Assembly (NCBI GenBank): GCA_964651815.1
Contig: CAZYWG010000001.1
Location: 1,189 to 65,188 of the forward strand
From: an uncultured Gammaproteobacteria bacterium
GTDB taxonomy: Bacteria; Patescibacteriota; Microgenomatia; Levybacterales; GWA1-39-11
Direction of reading: 5' to 3'
Length of the DNA stretch: 64,000 nt
Shown here: positions 1-9,595 of the stretch, piece after piece
Layout of the letters: every line of letters begins with the position of its first letter
Position numbering within the stretch: position 1 is the stretch's first letter
Notes under the pieces: model-generated
Databases searched by the model: none
The model's input: the letters and a program-made list of their open reading frames with translations, nothing else
Told to the model about the DNA's origin: nothing
Made by a program: the position numbers and the translations under genes

Positions 1-1220
1 ATAAAGTTAACAAACTCCTCTAATTCTTTAGATTTTATTTTTTTGCCCAAAAAAAGCGAAGCTACTATATAACCAAAAGAGTGTTTTTTGGAAAATTCCA
101 GAAGATCTTCTCCTAAAACTGTTGGCCTGCCTCCATCATCGCGCGAAATACTTGTAGCAATTAACGCATGGCGCCTGTCATCCATATTTTCAATTATATC
201 TTTTTTTACGGGATTTTTCTTATTTGTCTGTTTTATATACGTGTCTGGTTTACTTATTTTAATTGCCCCCGGAGTTGCACGTATATATTCAATAAAGTCG
301 GAGAAACTCTCTGCCACTGAAACTCGTGCTGTACGAAGCGCATCCCGTTTTGCGCGTGCTGTCTCTTTTTGGCTTGATGCCATGGCTTTTGCATGACCAA
401 ATTGGGGAGAGGTAGGAAACATCTCAGCAACTGTGCCGGCTATATAACAAATAATTTTTTTAGTTAATTTTCCCGTTTGGATAAGTTCTATAACATCATA
501 TTCGTCAGTCCCTCCGAGCTCCCCAAAATAAACTATAGCCGAAGTTTCCGGATCATTTTCAGCTGCTAAAAATGCGTCGAGTGGCGTTGTTGCAGGATAT
601 CTGTCACCTCCAAAAGAAAGAGAAAAGGAAAGCCTTTTTCCAAGAGAAGTCACAATATTTATTATTTCATTTGTCATACCACCCGATGCAGAAAGAACCG
701 CAATAGAACCTTGTTCAAAAACTTTTGCCATTACAAGTTGTTTGTGATCAACCCCACCAATTGCCCCTATTTTTATTTTTGAAGGAAGAAGAAGCCCAAC
801 GCTTGCAGGACCGATTAAAAAAACATTCTTATCTTTAGCGAATTCACGGAGAGAAAGCGCGTGTTTTTCCGGAACATTTTCAGCAAAAACTACACCACCA
901 ATTAGCGCAGGTAATTTATCCATCGCCTCAATTGATGAAGTTAAAACACGTCTGCCGGAAGACAAATTCAAAAAATATGTTATTTGCGAAAGTTTATCTT
1001 CTGAAACATTTTCAAATGAAGAGTAAACAGGAATTAAAATTTCGCGTCTTCCAAAAAAATATCTTTCAAATTTACGGCCGGTTGCAATAATCCCTTTGAT
1101 ACTTGGTGTTTCTTTTCCTGAAGAGAAATCAAAATCAAGAATAGATTGAATAATTGTTGGATATGATCCTAGTGTTAAAACGTTGGTTTGTGATTTTCTG
1201 ATTTTTTGAATATCGAGCAT
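1..1220 (-). CDS. aclA: ATP-citrate lyase large-subunit-like protein (CoA-binding / phospho-His domain). N-terminus at 1220; C-terminal part continues off the left edge.
   Basis: I translated the minus strand from the ATG at 1218-1220 with no stop to the window edge. Motifs match ACLY/AclA: QSILDFDF, REILIPV, IGPASVG..KIGAIGG, GGDRYP, and the phospho-His motif FGHAKA...ETA.AK..AL. It is not in the ORF track because it runs off the edge. The track ORF at 88..396(+) is its antisense shadow. Confidence 0.75.
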   Translation of the reverse strand, partial: MLDIQKIRKSQTNVLTLGSYPTIIQSILDFDFSSGKETPSIKGIIATGRKFERYFFGRREILIPVYSSFENVSEDKLSQITYFLNLSSGRRVLTSSIEAMDKLPALIGGVVFAENVPEKHALSLREFAKDKNVFLIGPASVGLLLPSKIKIGAIGGVDHKQLVMAKVFEQGSIAVLSASGGMTNEIINIVTSLGKRLSFSLSFGGDRYPATTPLDAFLAAENDPETSAIVYFGELGGTDEYDVIELIQTGKLTKKIICYIAGTVAEMFPTSPQFGHAKAMASSQKETARAKRDALRTARVSVAESFSDFIEYIRATPGAIKISKPDTYIKQTNKKNPVKKDIIENMDDRRHALIATSISRDDGGRPTVLGEDLLEFSKKHSFGYIVASLFLGKKIKSKELEEFVNF

Positions 1221-1221
1221 A

Positions 1222-2424
1222 TTATTTATTTAGAGCTTTTGTAACAATATCTGTTAATACAAGTTCCGGACCAAATACTTCTCCGCCAATTCCATTTTCC
1301 TGCATGAATTTTTTTATCATTTTCAAACCGTCTTCCTGGTGTGGTCCGCCGCGTCTTACATAAATCTTGACGCCTTGCTCCTTCAATGTATCTTTAAATT
1401 GTTCAAGTGCACGAATCAATCCACGGAAAGTTATTCGAACATCTGTAAAGTTTGCAACCCCACCACCTATTATTAAAACCTTGTCAGCTGCATGCGAATT
1501 AACAAGTAGACTCAGTATATTTTTGGTATAAAGTAATGTTTCTTCTTCATTAGGATTTCCGGAGTATTCACCATAATTGGCGAGTTTTGGACCAAAATCA
1601 AGGTTATAAACTTCATCTGCTAATACAACGCTCGCTCCGCCGCCTGACAGTAACATAAAAATCGAGCCTTCAGGATTTAAAACTACCAATTTAAATGACG
1701 CTTGCGACTTTTCAGATAAGTTTTGAACGTTTATTTCTTCTGTTGATTTATGAGTTGGTGTCGACCCGGATGAAATCATGGGAGCTTCTCTAAAATCTCG
1801 CGAGCTCCAATTGTCAACAAAAAATTCCGCGGCGGAATCAATTTCTGCTGCAATATCAAGCATATAAGGTTTTTTAAAAGAAATGACAAGTGGATTAATT
1901 TCCAAAAAGGAAAAATAATTTATATCAAATGCTTCTATGATTTTCTCTAAAATATCTGGATTTAAATCTATTTCTATCGCAATTTTTTTAACGTCCTCTG
2001 CATCTTTTATTAATTCACTTTTTACTTCTGACGCATGGTCTTCAATATCAACCCCGCCTTTTTTTGAATATGAAATAACTGTTCCGAGACTGGTCCTTGC
2101 AAGTGCTAGATATCTTTCTTCGTCGTCCGTATGTGGAATAAACTCTTCAATAAGAAAATGGCTGTACCCTTTTTTAATCCAACCAGAAATTGCATTAATC
2201 ATTTTGTCTGCCCTGGAAACATCGAGCAATACCAAACCTTGTTTAAACCGCCTCTTTACACCCTGATCAACCTTGACAACATAGCGACTTTCAGGCCTGA
2301 TAGATTCCTCAATCTTTGCTATGGAATCTTTTTCACCATTGAAAGGAAATCCTGAGTAAGAATTTTTCAAATGATTATTAATTATTGTCTTGGCACGAAA
2401 CTCCGAAAGCTTAACTCTAGGCAT
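1222..2424 (-). CDS. aclB: ATP-citrate lyase small (ATP-grasp) subunit
   Basis: Long collinear similarity to the ACLY N-terminus / Chlorobium AclB: VKVDQGVKRR, FLEINPLV, LDIAAEID, LNPEGSIFMLLSGGGASVV, LANYGEYSGNP, LIIGGGVANFTDV, IYVRRGGP. The stop codon lies 1 nt before the aclA start. Confidence 0.8.
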   Translation of the reverse strand: MPRVKLSEFRAKTIINNHLKNSYSGFPFNGEKDSIAKIEESIRPESRYVVKVDQGVKRRFKQGLVLLDVSRADKMINAISGWIKKGYSHFLIEEFIPHTDDEERYLALARTSLGTVISYSKKGGVDIEDHASEVKSELIKDAEDVKKIAIEIDLNPDILEKIIEAFDINYFSFLEINPLVISFKKPYMLDIAAEIDSAAEFFVDNWSSRDFREAPMISSGSTPTHKSTEEINVQNLSEKSQASFKLVVLNPEGSIFMLLSGGGASVVLADEVYNLDFGPKLANYGEYSGNPNEEETLLYTKNILSLLVNSHAADKVLIIGGGVANFTDVRITFRGLIRALEQFKDTLKEQGVKIYVRRGGPHQEDGLKMIKKFMQENGIGGEVFGPELVLTDIVTKALNK

Positions 2425-2443
2425 ACGACTTCCTTAAAAATAT

Positions 2444-2488
2444 TATGGAGCCCTTAGGAGTCCCGATTTATCGGGACGACATATAGGG
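2444..2488 (+). repeat. Conserved ~45-nt intergenic element, copy 1: ATGGAGcCCTTAG - palindrome GTCCCGATTTATCGGGAC - GACATATAGGG
   Basis: Near-identical flanks to the copy at 8098-8142. The central perfect palindrome differs between copies. Both copies read as 13-codon ATG...TAG mini-ORFs. Confidence 0.4.
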
Positions 2489-2614
2489 TTCAGTTTTTAG
2501 TATACAGCATTCAGTATTTAGTATCGAGTATTCGGAAGATTTTAAAAATTCAGCAGGAAATGTTAAATTTGTAACTTTGTTACGAGTCCTGGTTTTTATC
2601 GATACGGTGCAATC

Positions 2615-3409
2615 TTAAACCTCGATTTTGGTAAAATCCTGCGGAATTATAACTTCGCAATCTACAATATCTTTAATTGTTTTTATCATCTCGTCTTCCC
2701 GACCTTCGCAGTCAGGATACATGTGAGTCAAAACTACTTTTTTAAAGTTGCCGAGTTTTGCAAGCTTACCAACTTCAGAAGGTCCTAGATGTGACTCCGA
2801 ACGGTTATCAGGATACGAGCATTCCAAAATCGCAAGGTCTGCATTTTTCCCGAGCTCGCAAATCCGTTCATCATATCCCATGTCCCCTGAGTAAACTATC
2901 GACTTTCCCTCAAAATCGAGTCTGTAACTAACGCTACTTGCAAAATGCTTAATTGGAGAAGCCGTTACTTTCCAACCATTTTCTTCAAAAATCGAATCCT
3001 CCCCAATTTCATTTATTTTAAAAAGCTCCGGTTTTTTAATTTCATAATTTGGATCAACTAATTTTTCTATATTTAAAAGTGTTTTAAAAATTTCATTTAT
3101 CCCATTAGGCCCAATTATATTTAAAGTCGAACTATCCTTTTCATCTTTTGCAGCAACTTTTCTGGTCTGCATAAGCTGCATTAAATCAGCAAAGTGGTCT
3201 ATATGAAAGTGGGAAATAAAAACGTGGGTTGGTTTTTTAACAATATCGGTTCCTTCCTCAAGCATTTTGTGGAGTACTCCCAAACCAATGTCGAAAAGTA
3301 AAGAATTTGAACCCGCTTCTACATACCACCCGGTAAAAGACCTAAAGATTTTACCCTCAATTTTTGGTGATGGAGTAGACGATCCAGTCCCGTAAAAAGT
3401 TATCTGCAC
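2615..3409 (-). CDS. MBL-fold metallo-hydrolase, probable ribonuclease Z (tRNA 3' processing)
   Basis: HFHIDH (HxHxDH) motif, FYGTGSSTP N-terminus and VYSGDMGYDE..LTHM. The architecture is collinear with short-form RNase Z. Confidence 0.55.
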   Translation of the reverse strand: MQITFYGTGSSTPSPKIEGKIFRSFTGWYVEAGSNSLLFDIGLGVLHKMLEEGTDIVKKPTHVFISHFHIDHFADLMQLMQTRKVAAKDEKDSSTLNIIGPNGINEIFKTLLNIEKLVDPNYEIKKPELFKINEIGEDSIFEENGWKVTASPIKHFASSVSYRLDFEGKSIVYSGDMGYDERICELGKNADLAILECSYPDNRSESHLGPSEVGKLAKLGNFKKVVLTHMYPDCEGREDEMIKTIKDIVDCEVIIPQDFTKIEV

Positions 3410-3473
3410 AAAATATATTTTAACAGATTAGTTTGGGTTGATGTGGAGTATGAAAATGAAAAAAGGTCACGAA

Positions 3474-5621
3474 TTACTGCGCGCTAATTCTACCGGTGAA
3501 TGTGCTTTTGGCAAGCATGGCTTGCACTATGTTGTTGGGGACCTCTTCATAGTGGCTAGGTTCCATATAATAGGTAGCTCTGCCTTGAGACATGGACCTT
3601 AAGGTAGTTGCGTAGCCTGAAAGCTCCTCAAGCGGAACCATAGCCAGAATAATACGCGCATTACCTCTTTCTTCACTGCCCGAAATTTGAGCACGTTTTG
3701 CGGAAAGATCACCAATTACATCTCCCATAAATTCTTCTGGAGTTGTAACTTCAACTTTCATGATTGGCTCAAGAAGCTTCATCTCTGCCTTTTTACTTGC
3801 GGCCTGTAATGCCATAGATGCCGCAATTTTAAAAGCAATATCAGACGAATCAACATCGTGATATGATCCATCATAAACGGTTACTTTCATATCTACTACC
3901 GGGTATCCAAGAAGCATCCCTTTTTCTAAAGTTTCTTTAACACCTTTCTCAATAGACCCGATAAATTCAGAAGGAATTGCTCCACCTTTAATTGCATTAA
4001 CAAATTCAAAACCTTCACCTCTTGGCTGAGGAGTTATTCTTAGCAAACAGTGTCCATATTGTCCATGACCCCCCGTTTGCTTAATGTATTTACCTTCTCC
4101 TGTTGTTTCAATTCCAATTGTTTCTTTATACGCAACCTGCGGCGCTCCCACATTTGCACCTACATTAAATTCTCTCTTCATGCGGTCTACCATAATTTCG
4201 AGCTGAAGTTCTCCAACTCCTGAAATTATTGTCTGGTTTGTCTCATGATTTGTTTTGACACTAAATGTAGGATCTTCTTCCATAAGTCTTTTCAAAGCCA
4301 TACCCATTTTTTCCTGGTCTGATTTTGTTTTTGGTTCAATAGCTAAAGAAATGACGGGCTCGGGGAATGTTATTTTTTCAAGAACAATGGGTTTTGCCTG
4401 GTCACAAATTGTGTCTCCAGTTATAGTATCTTTAAGACCAACTACAGCAACAATTTCTCCGGCGTACGCTTCTGTGATTTCTTCTCTTTGATTTGAATGC
4501 ATAAGAAGTAGCCGACCCACACGCTCTTTTACGTCTCTTGTTGAATTATATGCGTATGACCCTGATACCAATTTTCCGGAATAAATTCTGACGAACGTGA
4601 TTTTTCCAACGTGAGTATCAATTTGGACTTTAAATGCAAAACCGGTAAATGCTTCATCAGGAACGAGCTTTCTAACTTCTTCAGCATTCGTCTTTGGATT
4701 AATTCCTTTTACTTCACCCAAATCTGCAGGGGACGGAAGATAATCAACAACAGCATCAAGTAATGGTTGAACACCTTTGTTTCTTAGCGAAGTACCTGCA
4801 TAAATTGGAACTAATTTGTAACCAACAACAGCGGCTCTTAATCCTTGCTTTAATTCTTCATTTGAAATTTCTTCATTGTTTAAATATTTTTCCAAAAGAT
4901 TGTCATTATTTTCTGCAATTTTCTCAATCATTTTATGTCTATACTCTTCAACCTGTGCTTTCATGTCCGCAGGAATTTCATCAGACACATCATATGTTGC
5001 ACCAAGTTCTTCACCGCTCCATGTAAGCGATTTCATGTTAAGTAAATCAACTACGCCTTTGAAGTCGTTTTCCGCACCAATTGGTAGAACCATAATGCAA
5101 GGGTTTGCTCCGAGCCTATCTTCGATTGATTTAACAGTCTTCAAAAAGTCAGCGCCGAGTTTGTCCATTTTGTTGATGAAACAAATTCTTGGGACATGAT
5201 ATTTGTCAGCTTGTCTCCAAACAGTCTCAGATTGCGATTGAACTCCTTCTTCCGCATCCAAAACAGTTACAGCTCCATCAAGAACTCTTAGTGAACGCTC
5301 AACCTCTGCCGTAAAATCAACGTGCCCCGGGGTATCAATTAAGTTTATGCGGTATGGGACATCTTGTCCTTCAGATCTACCCAAAGGCGAATGAGTCCAA
5401 AAGGTTGTGGTTGCAGCAGATACAATTGTTATTCCGCGTTCTCTTTCCTGATCCATCCAGTCCATGACGGTATTTCCCTCATCGATGTCACCTATTTTGT
5501 AGGATTTTCCAGTGTAATAAAGGATTCTTTCAGAAGTCGTGGTCTTACCCGCATCAATGTGCGCAATAATTCCGATATTGCGGATCTTGTCTAAAGGTAC
5601 TTGTCGTGATGTATCAGCCAT
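3474..5621 (-). CDS. fusA: Translation elongation factor G
   Basis: [39 protein letters not shown]-domain followed by full EF-G domains. The track ORF extends to 5669 via an upstream TTG. The ATG at 5619-5621 matches the EF-G N-terminus. Confidence 0.93.
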   Translation of the reverse strand: MADTSRQVPLDKIRNIGIIAHIDAGKTTTSERILYYTGKSYKIGDIDEGNTVMDWMDQERERGITIVSAATTTFWTHSPLGRSEGQDVPYRINLIDTPGHVDFTAEVERSLRVLDGAVTVLDAEEGVQSQSETVWRQADKYHVPRICFINKMDKLGADFLKTVKSIEDRLGANPCIMVLPIGAENDFKGVVDLLNMKSLTWSGEELGATYDVSDEIPADMKAQVEEYRHKMIEKIAENNDNLLEKYLNNEEISNEELKQGLRAAVVGYKLVPIYAGTSLRNKGVQPLLDAVVDYLPSPADLGEVKGINPKTNAEEVRKLVPDEAFTGFAFKVQIDTHVGKITFVRIYSGKLVSGSYAYNSTRDVKERVGRLLLMHSNQREEITEAYAGEIVAVVGLKDTITGDTICDQAKPIVLEKITFPEPVISLAIEPKTKSDQEKMGMALKRLMEEDPTFSVKTNHETNQTIISGVGELQLEIMVDRMKREFNVGANVGAPQVAYKETIGIETTGEGKYIKQTGGHGQYGHCLLRITPQPRGEGFEFVNAIKGGAIPSEFIGSIEKGVKETLEKGMLLGYPVVDMKVTVYDGSYHDVDSSDIAFKIAASMALQAASKKAEMKLLEPIMKVEVTTPEEFMGDVIGDLSAKRAQISGSEERGNARIILAMVPLEELSGYATTLRSMSQGRATYYMEPSHYEEVPNNIVQAMLAKSTFTGRISAQ

Positions 5622-5707
5622 ATTTAAAAAAATTCGTCCGACGAATCGAACGTAAATGTATTTTACCAAAAAATAGCTGAACCTGCAACGACTTTATGGA
5701 AAGTGAA

Positions 5708-6517
5708 TTAAGGATCTAGTAATTGTATGGAATCTATTATTTTATTAGCAACATTTACAATGTCGGAATTCTGATCAGTTATGTGAGAATATATCTCATA
5801 AATATTTTTTTTAGTAGCTAGGAAAAAGTATTTATCTGTAGGTGAAATTTGTGGTTCTCCATTGTTAAAGTTGGTCATAATTGCTGTTTGCCCCCATTTT
5901 GATTCCGGAGTAGTGTTGACAGGAGCAAGACCATAAGAATTCATAACCCGGGTATTAAGGAGTACTTGATTTGTATAACTACTTGGATTAGGCGCACAGA
6001 GGATTTTTATGTAGTTGTCATCATCATGTGGCACATAGGTAACATCGGCCGCATATTTTATGAGTGTTTGAGATTGAAACATTGCCTCTGTGGACTTAGC
6101 TTCCGAATATTTCCAATAACGGGTGTATTTTGGATCCAGTGTAAATCCTGTTCCGGCTGTTGGAGTTGGCTCAGAGTCTATAAATGGCTTCATCTTAGGC
6201 GGTAAAGGGAACGATACGTTACATGAAGAGCTCTTCGATGACCAGTCAGTCATATCAACTACAGGCGTTGGGCTTATAGATGCACTCAGTGAAATAATGG
6301 GGGATGGACTTGGATTACTATTATTTGTCACGGTTTTATTACCGGTCATTGAATCCGGATTTGATTTCTGTGATAGCAATTTATCCCCAATAGGTCTCAA
6401 TAAATAACCTATCAAACCTCCAAACACCAGTGCCACTATTACTACAACAACCGGAAGAACTTTTGGAGAGGAAGAAATTTTTTCCTGTGACGGGACCGGA
6501 GCTGTAGCATTATCCAT
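5708..6517 (-). CDS. Hypothetical protein, N-terminal signal anchor (VVVVIVALVFGGLIGYLL), Ser/Pro/Thr-rich
   Basis: Long ORF with no recognisable family and a single N-terminal TM helix. Confidence 0.4.
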   Translation of the reverse strand: MDNATAPVPSQEKISSSPKVLPVVVVIVALVFGGLIGYLLRPIGDKLLSQKSNPDSMTGNKTVTNNSNPSPSPIISLSASISPTPVVDMTDWSSKSSSCNVSFPLPPKMKPFIDSEPTPTAGTGFTLDPKYTRYWKYSEAKSTEAMFQSQTLIKYAADVTYVPHDDDNYIKILCAPNPSSYTNQVLLNTRVMNSYGLAPVNTTPESKWGQTAIMTNFNNGEPQISPTDKYFFLATKKNIYEIYSHITDQNSDIVNVANKIIDSIQLLDP

Positions 6518-6635
6518 AGCTATAGTTTTTCACAAATTAATATATAAAGTCAACAAAATTATTTTAGTTATCCTGGAATAATGTCATTTCGAGCCAGACT
6601 TTATCGGACGAAGCAATCTCTACTATGCTATAATC

Positions 6636-7034
6636 GTGGCTATGAGTATGGAACAAAAACAAGCGTCATTTTTTGATCTGAGTCCCGAAAATGTTCAAGC
6701 AGAAGGACAACGTCTTTTGGGTTTAATTGGGTTAGAGGAAAATCCAACCATTTTTATATCTAATTTACTTTCGAATTGGAGAGATGTTCAAATAATCGGG
6801 CAGGGATATAAAGAAGTAATAAAGGAACCACAAGAGAATGTACCTGGAACCATACTTCCTATAAATAAGGTCCTTGAAATTTACCCCTACAATGATGACC
6901 AATTAAGAAAAATTGCAAAAAAACTAGGTTCGGAAAAAGTAAAAGGAAAGTGGCAAATTAACTTAGACGATTTAGCAGAATATGCAAACGGAAATCATCG
7001 AAGAAAACCGAGACAAAAAAGATTACATGTATAA
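6636..7034 (+). CDS. Hypothetical small protein. Weak excisionase/MerR-like HTH resemblance at the C-terminus (KGKWQINLDDLAEY).
   Basis: ORF only. Overlaps the first ATG of the next gene. Confidence 0.3.
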   Translation: MAMSMEQKQASFFDLSPENVQAEGQRLLGLIGLEENPTIFISNLLSNWRDVQIIGQGYKEVIKEPQENVPGTILPINKVLEIYPYNDDQLRKIAKKLGSEKVKGKWQINLDDLAEYANGNHRRKPRQKRLHV

Positions 7035-8097
7035 GAATAGAATTTCTAAACTTAGAGGGTCGTTTGATAAAGAAAAAATTGATGCGTTTCTAGTTTCATC
7101 AGCTTTAAATATTCATTATTTAACAGGCTATTCTAACTTTTCGAAGGACGAGCGAGAAGCTTATTTATTTATCACCGAATCGACTGCGACGCTTTTTACA
7201 GATTCGCGATACATTGAAGCAGTTGAAAAAATAATTCCATCAAATGTGAAAGCGACAATTGAAAAACCACTTAAAACTCTTGGTCAAATAGTTAAAGATT
7301 TAAAAATAAATAGGATTGGTTTTGAGACAAATTTTACAGTATACGAACTTGAGAAATTCAAAAAAGAAATTTCTTCAAAATTTGTTTTGTCTGATGATTT
7401 GGTAGAAAAACTTCGGGAAATAAAAGACGTTGATGAAATTAGGGCGCTAAAAAAAGCCGCAGCTTTAACGGATATAACTTATTCTCATGTTCTCGAGAAT
7501 ATAAGAATGAAAATTAATGTTACAGAGAAAGAATTGGCGTGGCGAATGGAAAAATTCATAAAAGAAAACGGAGGAACTCTGGCCTTTGATTCAATTGTAG
7601 CGTTTGGTGCAAATTCCTCGATTCCACATCACATAACATCCAGCAAAAAATTATCAGTCAAAGATGAATTTATATTACTAGACTTTGGTGCAAAAATCGA
7701 CGAATATTGTAGCGATATGACAAGAACTTTACTTACAAAAAGCTCGTCAACCCGCGCGAAGAAAGTTTACCAAGCGGTTCTTGATGCACAAAAAAAGGCA
7801 GCCGACTCAATAATTGTGAATAAAAAAGGTAACGCTGCAAATGCTGCAAAAATTGCAAACGCCGTTCTTGTCTCAAAGGGATTTAAACCTGTCCCTCACG
7901 GCTTAGGCCACGGGATTGGACTTGAGGTTCATGAGAAGCCGCATCTACATCCAAAATTTGATGATATTCTAGTGAATGGAATGGTTTTTTCAATAGAGCC
8001 TGGAATTTATATCCCGGGTTTTGGTGGCGTAAGAATTGAGGATGATTATTTATTAAACAATAATGAAATCAAACAGATTACGACATCCTTAAAATAA
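7027..8097 (+). CDS. Xaa-Pro aminopeptidase / M24 family metallopeptidase
   Basis: M24 pita-bread motifs: DFGAKIDEYCSDMTRT, HGLGHGIGLEVHEKP, IEPGIYIPGFGGVRIED. Start could be 6982. Confidence 0.8.
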   Translation: MYKNRISKLRGSFDKEKIDAFLVSSALNIHYLTGYSNFSKDEREAYLFITESTATLFTDSRYIEAVEKIIPSNVKATIEKPLKTLGQIVKDLKINRIGFETNFTVYELEKFKKEISSKFVLSDDLVEKLREIKDVDEIRALKKAAALTDITYSHVLENIRMKINVTEKELAWRMEKFIKENGGTLAFDSIVAFGANSSIPHHITSSKKLSVKDEFILLDFGAKIDEYCSDMTRTLLTKSSSTRAKKVYQAVLDAQKKAADSIIVNKKGNAANAAKIANAVLVSKGFKPVPHGLGHGIGLEVHEKPHLHPKFDDILVNGMVFSIEPGIYIPGFGGVRIEDDYLLNNNEIKQITTSLK

Positions 8098-8142
8098 TAT
8101 GGAGTCCTTAGAAAGGCTAGCGACACTAGCCGACGTATAGGG
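8098..8142 (+). repeat. Conserved ~45-nt intergenic element, copy 2: ATGGAGtCCTTAG - palindrome GGCTAGCGACACTAGCC - GACGTATAGGG
   Basis: Same flanks as the 2444-2488 copy. The central palindrome is different but still self-complementary (compensatory). Confidence 0.4.
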
Positions 8143-8216
8143 CAAACTCGCCAAAATAAATTTATCATTTCAAACCTCTTGAATTTTCCGCTATATCAAG
8201 CTAAAATAAGAAACCA

Positions 8217-8849
8217 ATGAAACCGGCAGTAATCTTTGGAATAGTTGTATTTGTAGGATTTTTACTAATATATATGCTTTTCAATAAAAGTAACTCTACT
8301 GCGCCCCAAACCGCAACTAATTTTTTGACTCCAACACCTAGTCCCACAGTTGAGCTCAACACCCCAACGCCAGTCCCTACAATTCCTGAGACAGACAGAA
8401 TCTCTGGAAAAACCGCAACAATAAAAACGATAAAAGGGAATATTGATGTAGAACTTTATGCAACAGAAGCCGCTAAAACAGTCATGAATTTTTCAACACT
8501 CGCCAAACGTGGTTACTACAATAATTTAACATTTCATAGGGTTGAAGATTGGGTTATTCAGGGAGGGGATCCAAACGGAAACGGATCTGGCGGCGTTTCA
8601 ATTTATGGAGTTACATTTGAGGATGAATTGCATCCGGGCGACCCGCTTTATCAAGCAGGATACGTCCGCGGAATTTTGGCAATGGCCAATCATGGTCCAA
8701 ACTCTAATGGAAGCCAGTTTTTTATTATGAAAAAAGATACACCACTACAACCTAATTACACTATCTTTGGGAAAGTAACTAGTGGTCTGGAGGTGGTTGA
8801 TACAATTGTCCCCGGAGACAAAATTACAGGAATAGATGTACAGCAGTAA
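8217..8849 (+). CDS. Cyclophilin-type peptidyl-prolyl cis-trans isomerase, N-terminal membrane anchor
   Basis: FHRVEDWVIQGGDPNGNGSGG and HGPNSNGSQFFI cyclophilin signatures, with an N-terminal TM helix. Confidence 0.85.
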   Translation: MKPAVIFGIVVFVGFLLIYMLFNKSNSTAPQTATNFLTPTPSPTVELNTPTPVPTIPETDRISGKTATIKTIKGNIDVELYATEAAKTVMNFSTLAKRGYYNNLTFHRVEDWVIQGGDPNGNGSGGVSIYGVTFEDELHPGDPLYQAGYVRGILAMANHGPNSNGSQFFIMKKDTPLQPNYTIFGKVTSGLEVVDTIVPGDKITGIDVQQ

Positions 8850-8850
8850 A

Positions 8851-9525
8851 TTATTCTAATTCTTCTAGAATTAAAACCTTTGAATTTTTGACGCCTTTTT
8901 TTAATTTTTCCTCGTGCGCAGGGTAATCTTCGCCGATATTTCTTCTATAATGCATTGGGATTGTCACTTTTGCAGCAATTGCGTTGGCCGCTTCAACCAT
9001 TTCTTCAACTCCCATTGTGTAATCTCCACCCATCGGAAGCATTGCGACGTCAAGTTTTTTAGCAGCAAATGTTTTCATTTCCGGAATAAAATCCGTATCT
9101 CCAGCGTGGTAAATTTTTAGATTATTTACGAATATGATGTAACCAACCCAATTATTTGTTTTAGGATGAAAGTTAAGTTTTTCGGGAGCAACATTATATG
9201 CCGGGACTGTCTCGAACTTCAATCCTTTAATCTCATATTCCTGATTTGGTGTTACATTGAATTTTTGGGAATCGGGAATTTTAAGGGTCACAAGAGAGTC
9301 GGAAGTTGCAACAACAATTGTTTCACTTTTTAAGATGTGATCAATGTCACCTAAAGACAAGTGGTCGGGATGCGCATGGGTTATAAATATAATGTCGGCT
9401 TTCTCCGGACCGAGTTCCGGAAGTTGATATGGATCAATAAAATAAATCTTATTTCCGCTTTTTGTATCTGTTATTGAAAAGCTCGCATGACCAAACCATC
9501 TTATGTTTTCCATAGGTGTTAACAA
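8851..9525 (-). CDS. MBL-fold metallo-hydrolase
   Basis: FITHAHPDHLSLGD HxHxDH motif. Confidence 0.7.
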   Translation of the reverse strand: MLTPMENIRWFGHASFSITDTKSGNKIYFIDPYQLPELGPEKADIIFITHAHPDHLSLGDIDHILKSETIVVATSDSLVTLKIPDSQKFNVTPNQEYEIKGLKFETVPAYNVAPEKLNFHPKTNNWVGYIIFVNNLKIYHAGDTDFIPEMKTFAAKKLDVAMLPMGGDYTMGVEEMVEAANAIAAKVTIPMHYRRNIGEDYPAHEEKLKKGVKNSKVLILEELE

Positions 9526-9595
9526 TAATACAACTTGCGATTGTAATTCTCAACTAATTCATTTATTCTTAACATGAATCGAGATTATTCTCACC

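Noticed and set aside
88-396. 102-aa ORF on the + strand in the ORF track
   Set aside because: It lies entirely antisense within the aclA-like coding region, whose long minus-strand frame has ACL motifs throughout. It is an antisense shadow ORF.
5622-5650. Apparent hairpin + T7 directly upstream of the fusA ATG on the minus strand, initially taken for a terminator
   Set aside because: On base-by-base inspection the stem is only 4-5 bp (TTCG/CGAA with a 5-nt loop). That is too weak to call an intrinsic terminator. It also sits 1-8 nt from a start codon.
5669-5669. ORF-track start of fusA at 5669 ([16 protein letters not shown]-)
   Set aside because: That position is a TTG. The 16 extra residues have no counterpart in EF-G, whereas the ATG at 5619-5621 gives the canonical [18 protein letters not shown]-terminus.
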